The translations under genes were made by a program, and so were the position numbers. Of a stretch of DNA of 64,000 nt, positions 18,336 through 27,595 are shown piece after piece. The first letter of the stretch is position 1; the number at the start of each line of letters is the position of its first letter. The notes beneath the pieces were generated by a model. It worked only from the letters and a program-made list of their open reading frames with translations. It had not been told where the DNA came from and did not search any database. Source of the stretch: Myxococcota bacterium. GTDB taxonomy: Bacteria > Myxococcota_A > UBA9160 > SZUA-336. The stretch is from assembly GCA_965247115.1 (NCBI GenBank), contig CBDFGR010000003.1, forward strand, positions 1,504,001-1,568,000, read 5' to 3'.

Positions 18336-19874
18336 ATGAACGAGTTCGCGAGCGTCATCGAGGGCAACCGCTACGACGAGGAGCGGCTGGCCCTCACGCA
18401 TCCCCCGGAGCACCGGAACCCCGTGCCCCAGCCGAGCTACAACCTCGTGGTCATCGGCGCTGGCACGGGCGGGCTGATCAGCGCGCTCGTGGCCTCCAGT
18501 CTGGGTGCCAAGGTTGCGCTCGTTGAGCGCGGCCTGATGGGAGGTGATTGTCTCAACGTGGGGTGCGTCCCCTCCAAGGGGGTGATTCGCGCGTCGCGAA
18601 TGGCGGCGGAGCTCCGCGAGTCGCGCGGCCTCGGACTGGAGCTCGACCTGAGCGCCGGGATCGACTTCGGGCAGGCCATGGAGCGCGTGCGGCGCGTCCG
18701 CACCCAGATCAGCCGCGAGGATTCTGTTGCCCGTTACCGGGACGAGTTCGGGATCGATGTGTTTCTCGGCCAAGCGACGTTTGCATCCGACCGCACGCTC
18801 CGGGTCGAGCGTGGTGGCGAGCGTATTGAGCTCGCCTTCAAGAAGGCCGTCATCGCGACGGGCGCGCGGGCCTTGAGCCCCCCGATCGAGGGGCTAGAAG
18901 AGGCGGGCTACCGCACGAACGAGAACATCTTCAACCTGACGGAGTGCCCGCGGAGGCTGGCCGTTATCGGCGCGGGTCCGATCGGCAGCGAGCTGGCGCA
19001 GGCGTTCCGCCGTCTGGGCTCCGAGGTAACGCTCTTCGAGCGCGCCCCACACTTCCTCACCCGCGAGGATGACGATGCTGCCGAGCTGCTCCAGGACGTG
19101 TTTCGCGACGAGGGGATCCGGATCGAGCTCTCGTCGAACGTGCAGAGGGTCGAGCGCAAGGGCGACGAGAAGGTGATCCACTTCGAGAACGGCGGTGGAG
19201 CGCCCAGCGAGCTGGTGGCCGACGAGATCCTGGTCGGCGCGGGGAGAGCCCCGAACGTAGAAGGGCTCGGGCTCGAGGCGGCGAGCGTCGCGTATGACCT
19301 GCGGAAGGGCGTGGAGGTGAACGACCGTCTCCAGACGAGCAACCGGCGCATCTACGCCGTCGGTGACGTGTGCATGGCCTGGAAGTTCACGCACGCTGCG
19401 GATGCGGCGGCCAAGATCGTCGTTCAGAACGCGCTCTTCCTCGGCCGCAAGAAGCTCTCCGATCTCGTCATGCCCTGGTGCACGTATACCTCGCCCGAGA
19501 TCGCTCACGTGGGGCTGTATCCCCACGAAGCCCGGGAGCAGAACGTGGAGATCGACACGTACAAGGTCCCCCTCGACGAGAACAACCGCGCCGTGGCCGA
19601 CGGTGAGGAGAACGGCTTCGTGAAGATCCACACCCGAAAGGGCAGCGACCGGATCGTCGGCGCGACCGTGGTAGCGGCCCACGCGGGCGATCTGATCAGC
19701 CAGGTAACTCAGGCGATTGTCGGCAAGGTAGGGCTCGGCGCGCTCACGAACGTGATCTTCCCGTACCCGACACAGGCCGAGGCGATCAAGCGCGCGGCCG
19801 GCCTCTACACAAGGACCCGCTTGACGCCTTTCGTGAAGAGGCTCTTCGAGGGCTGGCTCGCGCTATCGCGCTGA
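18336..19874 (+). CDS. FAD-dependent pyridine nucleotide-disulfide oxidoreductase (MerA/LpdA-like)
   Basis: GAGTGG, GGDCLNVGCVPSK redox pair, GAGPIGSELAQ, IYAVGD and YPTQAE. Start re-called at ATG 18336 after GGAGG. Confidence 0.88.
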   Translation: MNEFASVIEGNRYDEERLALTHPPEHRNPVPQPSYNLVVIGAGTGGLISALVASSLGAKVALVERGLMGGDCLNVGCVPSKGVIRASRMAAELRESRGLGLELDLSAGIDFGQAMERVRRVRTQISREDSVARYRDEFGIDVFLGQATFASDRTLRVERGGERIELAFKKAVIATGARALSPPIEGLEEAGYRTNENIFNLTECPRRLAVIGAGPIGSELAQAFRRLGSEVTLFERAPHFLTREDDDAAELLQDVFRDEGIRIELSSNVQRVERKGDEKVIHFENGGGAPSELVADEILVGAGRAPNVEGLGLEAASVAYDLRKGVEVNDRLQTSNRRIYAVGDVCMAWKFTHAADAAAKIVVQNALFLGRKKLSDLVMPWCTYTSPEIAHVGLYPHEAREQNVEIDTYKVPLDENNRAVADGEENGFVKIHTRKGSDRIVGATVVAAHAGDLISQVTQAIVGKVGLGALTNVIFPYPTQAEAIKRAAGLYTRTRLTPFVKRLFEGWLALSR

Positions 19875-19877
19875 CCT

Positions 19878-19941
19878 CTAAGAAGCGCAGATGTCGCTAA
19901 GAGCGCAGATGTCGCTAAGAAGCGCAGATGTCGCTCAGAAG
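19878..19941. repeat. Tandem repeat: 3 units of ctaag(a)agcgcagatgtcg (19/18/19 bp) plus a partial unit
   Basis: Seen directly; it fills the gap between two convergent stop codons. Confidence 0.9.
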
Positions 19942-21629
19942 TACCCGAGGATCAGGTAGGCGCCGAGCAGGATCGCGGCCCACATGGCCGCCGCTCCCGT
20001 CTTCCAGGGCTCGCCGAGCAGTCCGGGCGGGGTGTGGTGCCGCACGACCTCTCCGAGCAGACGCTTGTAGGCTCGGCGAACGGGCGCGCCGAGAGCCTCG
20101 GCAAGCCGGGTCCCCCCGCTACCGGCGGCCTGCAATAGCGCGGGGGCGGCTCGTCGGTAGAAGTAATCGCTGTCGATATTCGTGCTGTGGAGCTCGGGCG
20201 GATAGATGCCGCGCAGGTTCAGCCAGGCAAACGCCAGTGCGGAGAAGAAGAGCAGCTGCAGCTGGCTGATCACGTGGGCAGAGGTGTAGGGGATGTAGTC
20301 GACTTCGTAGGGCAGGAGTGGGTACAGGAAGGCGGTGGGGAAGCAGCCGTTGAACACGCACAGGACGGCGGCCAGGGTCATGGCAACGAGCATGTTCCGC
20401 GGCGCCTCCTTGCAGCGGATGCCGGAGTCGTGGGCGAAGAAGGCGAAGTAGGGGATCTTGATCCCGGCGTGATGGAAGACGCCCGCTGAGGCGAACAGCA
20501 GCACGAGCCAGATCCAGTCGTACCCCTCTTCGAGCGCTGAGGTCATCACCATCGATTTGCTGACAAAGCCGCTGAACAGCGGGAAGGCCGAGATCGAGGC
20601 AGCGGCCACGATGCAAAAACCGGTGGTCAGCGGCATGCTCTTGTACAGACCGCCCAGGTCGGAGCCGTTGATCTTGCCCGTGCGGTACAGGACTGCCCCC
20701 ATGGACATGAACAGGAGCCCCTTGAAGATGACGTCGTTGAAGGCGTGCGAGACGGCGCCGTTCAGGGCGAGCTCCGTACCCAGACCTATCCCGCAGACCA
20801 TGAAGCCAAGCTGGTTGATCATGCTGTAGGCCAGCACGCGCCGGAGGTCGTTCTCGATCACTGCGTAGAAGATCGGGAACGCGGTCATCGCCGCGCCGAT
20901 GTAGATCAGTGCTTCTGTCCCGGGGAAGCCGCGGGCCATCGCGTAGATCGCGACCTTGGTGGTGAAGGCGCTCAGGAAGACGGCGCCCGTGGGTGTGGCC
21001 TCGGGGTAGGCATCGGTGAGCCAGTTGTGCAGCAAGGGGAACGCGCACTTGATGCCGAAGGCGCTGAAGATCAGGGTCGCCGCGAGCCCGTCGAGCCCGA
21101 TGTAGTCGAAGTCGATCGAGCCCGTCTGGTTGACGTAGAGGATCACGCCGGAGAGGAGCGCGAGACCCGATAGGACCTGGACCACCAGGTAGCGCAGGCC
21201 CGCGGCGGTGGCGCGAGGTGTGCGCCGCGCCCAGATGAGGAAGAGCGAGGTCGTCGCCAGCAGCTCCCAGAACACGAGGAGCGTGATCAGGTCGCCAGCC
21301 AGCACCGCGCCGATTGCGCTGCCCGCGTACATGAGCGAGGAGACGAGCTGAAACGAATCGCGAACCCGGAGCGAGAACAGGCAGGCGATGAACGCGGCGA
21401 TGTGGAACAGGTACGCGAAGATCCGACTGAGCCCGTCGACGCGAACCAGCGTGAGCGAATACGTGAACACGTCGATCTTCAGGTACTCGCCCTCTGGAAA
21501 GCTCCACAGGACGAGAAAGCTCGCCACCGGCAGCAGCAGGATGTACGCGGATCGCAGTGGCCCGCGCAGCACCGGAACGAGCAAGGAGCCGAGGATGAGC
21601 ACCAAAGCGGGGGGGAAGTCACCGATCAT
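19935..21629 (-). CDS. mrpD: Mrp Na+/H+ antiporter subunit D-like (third copy)
   Basis: LVFWELL, GIKCAFPLLHNWLTDAYPEA, RRVLAYS..NQLG and HAFNDVIFKGLLF; polytopic membrane protein. Confidence 0.85.
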   Translation of the reverse strand: MIGDFPPALVLILGSLLVPVLRGPLRSAYILLLPVASFLVLWSFPEGEYLKIDVFTYSLTLVRVDGLSRIFAYLFHIAAFIACLFSLRVRDSFQLVSSLMYAGSAIGAVLAGDLITLLVFWELLATTSLFLIWARRTPRATAAGLRYLVVQVLSGLALLSGVILYVNQTGSIDFDYIGLDGLAATLIFSAFGIKCAFPLLHNWLTDAYPEATPTGAVFLSAFTTKVAIYAMARGFPGTEALIYIGAAMTAFPIFYAVIENDLRRVLAYSMINQLGFMVCGIGLGTELALNGAVSHAFNDVIFKGLLFMSMGAVLYRTGKINGSDLGGLYKSMPLTTGFCIVAAASISAFPLFSGFVSKSMVMTSALEEGYDWIWLVLLFASAGVFHHAGIKIPYFAFFAHDSGIRCKEAPRNMLVAMTLAAVLCVFNGCFPTAFLYPLLPYEVDYIPYTSAHVISQLQLLFFSALAFAWLNLRGIYPPELHSTNIDSDYFYRRAAPALLQAAGSGGTRLAEALGAPVRRAYKRLLGEVVRHHTPPGLLGEPWKTGAAAMWAAILLGAYLILGYF

Positions 21630-21897
21630 AGAAGTCTTCGCCGCGCATCAGGACGCGACGCATCTGCTTCGCGATCAGCACGAGCAGTACGCAGGCAACG
21701 AAGCCGTAAATCGTGTAGAAGCCGGGAAAGGCCTCCCACGTCCGATAGGCGTGTCGCCAGTCCGCGATCTCGAGCTGTTGCAGCGCGGCGTTCACGAGAT
21801 CGATCGCCAGCAGGAAGGCGCAGATCGCGTACAGCGTGCGCAGCACCTTCTGCACGTTCTCCGGCCGGTCGAGAAAGCGCTCTCGCTCGGGCGCCAT
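21619..21897 (-). CDS. Small 2-TM membrane protein within the mrp operon
   Basis: FLDRPENVQK...FPGFYTIYGFVAC...LMRGEDFYD; coupled to both neighbours. Confidence 0.75.
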   Translation of the reverse strand: MAPERERFLDRPENVQKVLRTLYAICAFLLAIDLVNAALQQLEIADWRHAYRTWEAFPGFYTIYGFVACVLLVLIAKQMRRVLMRGEDFYDR

Positions 21898-23358
21898 TCA
21901 GCCTCCCAGCATTCCGTCCAGAAGAGCATAGATCTGCGGGGCATAGAAGAAGAGCACGAGCGATCCGAGTGCGGTCAGGCAGAGTGGGAGGACGCAGAGC
22001 AGCGGAGCCTCGCGGACACCCGTTGCCTCCTCCTTGGCCGGTGCGGCAAAGAAGGCGCGTCCGACGATCGGCATGAGGTAGCCGATCGAGAGCAATGAGC
22101 TCAGCATTAGCACGCCGATGAAGAGGAACTGCTCTCCCTCTGCGGCGCCCAGCGCCAGGTACCACTTGCTCCAGGCGCTGCCAAAGGGCGGAATCCCGAT
22201 GATGCTGAGGGAGCCGAGCAGGAACGCTCCCATCGTAAAGGGCATGGAGCGGCCGATGCCGTCGAGCTCACTGACCGCTTTCTTGTGGGTCGCCACGTCG
22301 ATCGCGCCGGCACAGAAGAAGAGCGTGATCTTGCCCATGGCGTGCATGGCGATGTGAAGCCCTCCGCCCAGGACACCGCTCGTGGTCGCGAGCGCAGCGC
22401 CGAGCACAATGTAGGAGAGCTGGCTTACCGTCGAGTACGCGAGCCTGGCTTTGAGGTTGTCTTTGGTGAGCGCGATGATCGAGGCGATCAGGATCGTTGC
22501 GGCGGCTACGTACATCAGCCAGGAAGACGCCCCGCTCTCCGCGAGGAAGTCGATCCCGAACACGTAGACGACGACCTTGAGCACGGAGAAGACCCCCGCC
22601 TTTACCACCGCAACCGCGTGCAGCAGCGCGCTTACGGGTGTCGGCGCGACCATCGCCGCGGGCAGCCAGCGGTGAAAGGGCATGAGCGCCGCCTTGCCGA
22701 TGCCGAACGCGTACAGGGCGAGCAACGCGATGCCGGTGCCGGAGTCCGCGTGTGAGGCCAGGATGCCACCGGGCCGGAACTCGAGGGTTCCGCTGAGCTG
22801 CCAGGTCCAGATGATGGCAAAGAGCAGGAACGAGACGGAGGTCGCGAGCAGGATGCCCAGGTATGTGCGGCCCCCTTCCATGGCCTCACGTGTCCCCCGG
22901 TGCGTGACGAGGGGATACGTGGAGAGCGTCAGCGCCTCGTAGAACAGAAACAGCGTGAAGAGGTTGCTGGCGAATGCCACGCCTAGCGCGGCCGAGATCG
23001 CGAGGGCGAAGTACGCGAAGAAGCGGGTCTGCTTGCCCTCGCCGTGCCCGCGCATGTAGCCGATCGAGTAGATCGAGGTCACGATCCAGAGACCGGAGGC
23101 GACGAGCGCGTAGAGCATGCCCAGCGGCTCGACCTCGAAGGCGAGCGCAACGCCGGGAAACACTTCCATCAGCTCGAGGCGCGGACGCCCGCCCGCCATC
23201 ACCTCGGGCAGCAAGCTCGCGACGCTGACGAAGGTCAGAAGGGTAGCGAGCAGCGTCAGCGCTTCGCGCAGGTTCGGACGCCGGTCCGCCGCGATCACCG
23301 CGAGTGCTGCGAGCGCGGGCAGTGCGAGCGAGACGCCGATGGAGGCTTCGGCTGTCAC
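21898..23358 (-). CDS. mrpD: Mrp antiporter subunit D-like (second copy)
   Basis: FLFYEALTL, GKAALMPFHRWLPAAMVAPTPVSALLHAVAVVKAG and KARLAYSTVSQL. GTG start overlaps the upstream stop. Confidence 0.87.
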   Translation of the reverse strand: MTAEASIGVSLALPALAALAVIAADRRPNLREALTLLATLLTFVSVASLLPEVMAGGRPRLELMEVFPGVALAFEVEPLGMLYALVASGLWIVTSIYSIGYMRGHGEGKQTRFFAYFALAISAALGVAFASNLFTLFLFYEALTLSTYPLVTHRGTREAMEGGRTYLGILLATSVSFLLFAIIWTWQLSGTLEFRPGGILASHADSGTGIALLALYAFGIGKAALMPFHRWLPAAMVAPTPVSALLHAVAVVKAGVFSVLKVVVYVFGIDFLAESGASSWLMYVAAATILIASIIALTKDNLKARLAYSTVSQLSYIVLGAALATTSGVLGGGLHIAMHAMGKITLFFCAGAIDVATHKKAVSELDGIGRSMPFTMGAFLLGSLSIIGIPPFGSAWSKWYLALGAAEGEQFLFIGVLMLSSLLSIGYLMPIVGRAFFAAPAKEEATGVREAPLLCVLPLCLTALGSLVLFFYAPQIYALLDGMLGG

Positions 23359-24830
23359 GGGGACGCTCCGAGCAGCTGTTCGGCGGCGAGCTGGGCAATT
23401 CGAGCGCTCCAGCTCGTGAACAGACCGAAGTAAATGCTGGCCCCGATCAGGATCCAGGCGGGAACGAGGATGGACGCGGGCGCCTCGGCCCGCGCTGCGT
23501 CCGCTGGCGGCTCCTGGAAGTAGGCGACCTCGACGACCCGCCACACGTAGATGGCCGCGAGCAGAGAGCTCACGAGGATTGCTGCGGCCACCAGATTCGC
23601 TCCGCTCTCGAGGGCGGACAGGACCAGGTACCACTTGCTCACGAAGCCAGCGGTCCCGGGAACTCCGATCAGCCCGAGGCCACCCAGTACGAAGGCAGCG
23701 GTGGTGAAGGGCATGCGGCGCCCCAGCCCCCGCAGGTCTGCGATCTCGGACGAGCCGAGCCGTGCGACGATGCAGGCGACCACGAGGAACAGTCCGCCCT
23801 TCATCAGAGCGTGGTTCCACAGGTGCACGAGCCCACCGGTCAGCCCGGTGACGGAGCCCATTGCGAGCCCGAGCGTCATGTATCCGACCTGGGAGACGCT
23901 GGAGTAGGCGAGCAAGCGCTTGAGGTCGGTCTGGTTGATCGCGGCGATCGCACCGATGAACATGGCAGCGATCGACAGGGGCAGGAGCAGCGTCGACAGG
24001 TGCAGCGTGTCGAATACGAAGGCCGCCCCGAACACCGTGAAGACCAGGCGGACCAGAAGGTAGTACGCGACCTTCGTCGCCGTTGCGGCCAGGAACGCCG
24101 AGACGACGGACGGCGCGTAGCTGTAGGCGTTCGGTAACCATTGGTGTAGCGGGAAGACGGCCAGCTTGATCGACACGCCCACGGACAGGAAGGCGAAGGC
24201 CGCGTGCAGGGGCCGCGTGTCCGAGACCTCCGGAATCCGCTCGGCCAGGTCCGCCATGTTGAGCGTTCCGGTCATGAGGTACATGAACCCGATCCCGATC
24301 AACACGAAGGTGCCGCCGATCGTTCCCATGACCAGGTAGGAGAAAGCGGCGCGTAGCGCGCGACGACTCTTGCCGAGGCTGACCAGGGTGTAGGCAGCGA
24401 GGGACGAGATCTCGAGAAACACAAACACGTTGAAGACGTCCCCTGTGACCGTCACCCCGAGAAGTCCGGCGAGGCAGAGCAGGAACGTGGCGTAGAAGAG
24501 GTGCTCTCGTCCCTCGGGGATCGCGTGCCCCCGGAGCCCCGGACCGATCAGGAGGACCGTGGACGCGATCGCCGAGACGATCAGCAGGACGAACGCGTTC
24601 GTCACGTCGACCCGGTACTCGATCCCGATGGGGGGAGGCCAACCGCCGAGCTCGTAGGAGATCGGGATCCCACTGAGAGCGCGCTGCAGCAGTCCGATCG
24701 CCATCGCGAGGCACGCCCAGCTCACGGCGATGGCGAAGCCATGCGTGAGCGCCGCGCGGCGGAGCACGAGACAGAGCGGAGCCGCGAGCAGCGGAACGAC
24801 GACCTGTAGCACGGGGAGGTGCTCGATCAT
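23355..24830 (-). CDS. mrpD: Mrp antiporter subunit D (first copy)
   Basis: GGWPPPIGIEYRVD, GDVFNVFVFLEI, KLAVFPLHQWLP and KRLLAYSSVSQVGY motifs. Confidence 0.9.
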   Translation of the reverse strand: MIEHLPVLQVVVPLLAAPLCLVLRRAALTHGFAIAVSWACLAMAIGLLQRALSGIPISYELGGWPPPIGIEYRVDVTNAFVLLIVSAIASTVLLIGPGLRGHAIPEGREHLFYATFLLCLAGLLGVTVTGDVFNVFVFLEISSLAAYTLVSLGKSRRALRAAFSYLVMGTIGGTFVLIGIGFMYLMTGTLNMADLAERIPEVSDTRPLHAAFAFLSVGVSIKLAVFPLHQWLPNAYSYAPSVVSAFLAATATKVAYYLLVRLVFTVFGAAFVFDTLHLSTLLLPLSIAAMFIGAIAAINQTDLKRLLAYSSVSQVGYMTLGLAMGSVTGLTGGLVHLWNHALMKGGLFLVVACIVARLGSSEIADLRGLGRRMPFTTAAFVLGGLGLIGVPGTAGFVSKWYLVLSALESGANLVAAAILVSSLLAAIYVWRVVEVAYFQEPPADAARAEAPASILVPAWILIGASIYFGLFTSWSARIAQLAAEQLLGASP

Positions 24831-25186
24831 TCAGAGTTCCGGTCGAGCGCGGTGATCTCCCCCTCGTCGGCCGTTCCGTATGCCTTCTGGATGCGCACCA
24901 CGAGGGCCAGACCGACAGCCGTGACGGACACACCCACGACGATCGCGGTCAACATCAGGACGTGAGGGAGGGGGTTCGCGTACACCACGTTGCTCGCTCC
25001 GTCGACGAGGATCGGTGCCGTCCCGTCGGCGACCTTGGCGATGGAGACGTAGAAGATGATCACGGAGACCTGGAACAGGTTGAGGCCCATGATCTTTTTC
25101 ACGAGATGCTCGCGCGCGATCATGACGTAGAGGCCGATCATCATCAGGCCGATCGCGAGCCAGTAGTTCCAGAGCTCGAGAGCCAT
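24827..25186 (-). CDS. mrpC: Mrp antiporter subunit C
   Basis: LVKKIMGL and NPLPHVLMLTAIVVG motifs. Confidence 0.9.
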   Translation of the reverse strand: MALELWNYWLAIGLMMIGLYVMIAREHLVKKIMGLNLFQVSVIIFYVSIAKVADGTAPILVDGASNVVYANPLPHVLMLTAIVVGVSVTAVGLALVVRIQKAYGTADEGEITALDRNSE

Positions 25187-26187
25187 CAGGCCGAGCTCCT
25201 GCCGCTGCGGCCCGCGAAGCTGCAGTAGATGATCGTCATGACCGAGGCGACCGTGATGCCGACTCCAAGCTCGACCAGCAGGATCCCGAGGTGCTGTCCG
25301 TGCACCGGATCGTGCGCATCGAGTACGTCGTAGTCGAGGAAGTCGCCGCCCAGAACGAGGCTGGCAACCCCGACACCGGCATAGATCAGGGCTCCCAGTG
25401 CAGCCCCGAGCTCGACGATCCGGGGAGGGACTACGCGCTTCAGCTCGTCCAATCCAAACACCATCGCGTAGAGAATCAAGCCCGCTGCGAAGATCACCCC
25501 GGCCTGGAATCCCCCGCCCGGCCCGAAGTCGCCGTGGAACTGCACGTACAGGCCGAACAGGAGCACGAACGGGATGAAGCGCTTGGACACGACGCGGAGC
25601 ACGACCTTCTCGCTCATCCGCATGCGCATGCGCGGGCTGCTCATGGCGCGATCGCGCCCCTGCTCCGTGCCCCGAGCGTGAATTCCCAGCAAGAGCATGA
25701 CACCGATCCCGGCCGTGAGGATGACGGTGAGCTCGCCGAATGTGTCGTAGCCCCGATAGCTCGCCAGAATCGCCGTCACCACATTTGGAAGCCCGATCTC
25801 GCGTGGGGTCTCCAGCAGGTAGTGGGGAGCGACGTGCTGGTGGATCGGGGCCGCGGGATCAGCGTACGCGGGCATACCCAGCGTGCCGTACACCAGGGCG
25901 GCTCCGGTGACCACGACGATGGCGAGCGCGAGCAGCGGACGGCGCGGCGGACCCTCCTCCTCGGCTGTGAGGGCGAGGGTCCCGAGGATGAGCACCGTAG
26001 AGATCCCTGCACCCACCGCGGCTTCTGTGAACGCCACGTCAACAGCGTCCATCACCGTGAACAGGCCGGCCGAGAGCAGGCTGAAGATCCCCGTGAGCAT
26101 GGCGGCGCCGAACAGGTCCCGGAGTCGCGCGATCGACACGGCGATCACGATGAGGAAGCCGAAGAGGATCAGCTCAAGTGGAAACAT
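25186..26187 (-). CDS. mrpB: Mrp antiporter subunit B (DUF4040 + MnhB fusion)
   Basis: AVDVAFTEAAVGAG, NVVTAILASYRGYDTFGE and HGDFGPGGGFQAG motifs. Confidence 0.87.
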   Translation of the reverse strand: MFPLELILFGFLIVIAVSIARLRDLFGAAMLTGIFSLLSAGLFTVMDAVDVAFTEAAVGAGISTVLILGTLALTAEEEGPPRRPLLALAIVVVTGAALVYGTLGMPAYADPAAPIHQHVAPHYLLETPREIGLPNVVTAILASYRGYDTFGELTVILTAGIGVMLLLGIHARGTEQGRDRAMSSPRMRMRMSEKVVLRVVSKRFIPFVLLFGLYVQFHGDFGPGGGFQAGVIFAAGLILYAMVFGLDELKRVVPPRIVELGAALGALIYAGVGVASLVLGGDFLDYDVLDAHDPVHGQHLGILLVELGVGITVASVMTIIYCSFAGRSGRSSA

Positions 26188-26497
26188 CGCTTGCGTCGGT
26201 CTCCCGGACCCTGATCCCGCGTGAGTAGGCGGCCTTCACGAGGGCGTGGGTCGCGGTCGGGCTCGTGAGGTGCAGCAGGAAGGCAATCATCACGAGCTTG
26301 ACACTGATCAGCGTTGGCCCGGCCTGGAGCACGAGCCCGAAGAGGATCAGGCTCGCTCCCAGTGTGTCCGTGAGCCCGCCCGCGTGGGTCCGGGAGTAGA
26401 AATCGGGCAGACGGTGCAGGCCTACTCCTCCGATCATGCAGATCAACGCCCCGCTCGCGAGAAGCGCCCAGCTCGCCGCGTCGACGAGCGAGGTCAA
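26174..26497 (-). CDS. mrpG: Mrp antiporter subunit G
   Basis: GLHRLPDFYSRTHA..TDTLG and SPTATHAL. TTG start overlaps the mrpF stop. Confidence 0.87.
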   Translation of the reverse strand: MTSLVDAASWALLASGALICMIGGVGLHRLPDFYSRTHAGGLTDTLGASLILFGLVLQAGPTLISVKLVMIAFLLHLTSPTATHALVKAAYSRGIRVRETDASDVST

Positions 26498-26769
26498 GGG
26501 CGCACCTGCTCGTCGGAGCCGAGGTCGCCGTACTTGGAGAAGCGGAGCACGGCCAGCAGGGCAACGTAGCTGATCAAGCCGTAGAGGAGCGCCAGATCCA
26601 GCCACTCCGGGCGCCCGGACAGAAAGCCCGAGACCGCGATCAGCAGCATGGTCTTGGTGGCGAACATGTTCGCCGCGAGGATGCGATCGTAGGCGCTGGG
26701 ACCGAGGATCGCGCGCAGCAGTGCCAGCAGCATCGTGACGAGAACTCCTGCCGCTGCGACGGCGAACAT
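26494..26769 (-). CDS. mrpF: Mrp antiporter subunit F
   Basis: RAILGPSAYDRILAAN and LDLALLY motifs. Confidence 0.9.
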   Translation of the reverse strand: MFAVAAAGVLVTMLLALLRAILGPSAYDRILAANMFATKTMLLIAVSGFLSGRPEWLDLALLYGLISYVALLAVLRFSKYGDLGSDEQVRP

Positions 26770-27254
26770 CAGAGGTCGCTCTCCGCTCCTTCGAGCCAGG
26801 CGACGTGGTCGTTCATGCCCCCGTTGAGCAGTCCGTCGGCCGAGTGCCGTGTCAGTGCGTGTACGAGGAGCGTCTGGTCCCTCACGTCCAACGTGACGGT
26901 TCCCGGGGTGAGCGTGATCGAGTTCGCGAAGATGACCCGCCCCAGGTCTGTCTCCTGCCGGGCACGGATGCGTAGCAGCCGGGGGCGAATCGGCAGGCTC
27001 GGAGTGAGAATGACGCGGGCCACGTGCAGGTTCGCCTTCGCGATCTCCCAGAGGAGCCAGGGTATGTAGAGGAGCGGACGGAGGCCGAGATGGTACGGCT
27101 CGGACTCCGCGTCGATCAGATCCATCCGTAGCGCGAGCAGAAGCGCGATGCCCACCGAGAGCGCTCCGAACGCCAGCAAGAGTGGCTCGCTATGCCCTGA
27201 CCACAGCAGCCAGGTGAAGACAAGCCATGCGGACAAGAAGATGGTGCGGATCAC
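26769..27254 (-). CDS. mrpE: Mrp antiporter subunit E
   Basis: WLLWSG, EIAKANLHVA, ANSITLTPGTVT and LLVHAL. Start re-called at GTG 27254. Confidence 0.9.
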   Translation of the reverse strand: MIRTIFLSAWLVFTWLLWSGHSEPLLLAFGALSVGIALLLALRMDLIDAESEPYHLGLRPLLYIPWLLWEIAKANLHVARVILTPSLPIRPRLLRIRARQETDLGRVIFANSITLTPGTVTLDVRDQTLLVHALTRHSADGLLNGGMNDHVAWLEGAESDL

Positions 27255-27337
27255 GGTTCCCCCAGGATCGAGCGACCGCGATAGTAAACTGCGGGCGAGC
27301 GCAGGCCAACCGAGGCGCCGCAAGGTATAGTCCTCCC

Positions 27338-27595
27338 ATGCCTCTGCAGATCAGCCCACCCGCGGACGAGACGCGCGCCCAGCTGCGCGAGGCGATCGCC
27401 GCAGCGCTCCCGGAAGCGAAAATCCAGGTGTCTGGCGGCGGCGGGCACTTCGAGATCCACGTGGTCTCGGCGGCCTTCGAGGGCAAGCGTGCCCTCGCCA
27501 AACAGCGCCTGGTCTACGACGCGATCACCCACCTGATGACGGGCGAAAACGCCCCGGTCCACGCCGTGGACCGCCTGGTTACGGAGACTCCGTAG
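27338..27595 (+). CDS. BolA/IbaG family protein
   Basis: GGGHFEIHVVSAAFEGK...QRLVY...VHA. Start re-called at ATG 27338. Confidence 0.88.
   Translation: MPLQISPPADETRAQLREAIAAALPEAKIQVSGGGGHFEIHVVSAAFEGKRALAKQRLVYDAITHLMTGENAPVHAVDRLVTETP

Noticed and set aside
18336..19874. Mercuric reductase (merA)
   Set aside because: No N-terminal metal-binding domain, no C-terminal Cys-Cys pair and no mer genes nearby; kept as a generic disulfide oxidoreductase.
19878..19941. CRISPR array
   Set aside because: Units are contiguous with no spacers, only 18-19 bp long, and there are no cas genes.
21898..24933. 1011-aa fused MrpA-like protein
   Set aside because: The first ~520 aa are an off-frame overlap of mrpD (23355-24830); the real gene starts at GTG 23358.
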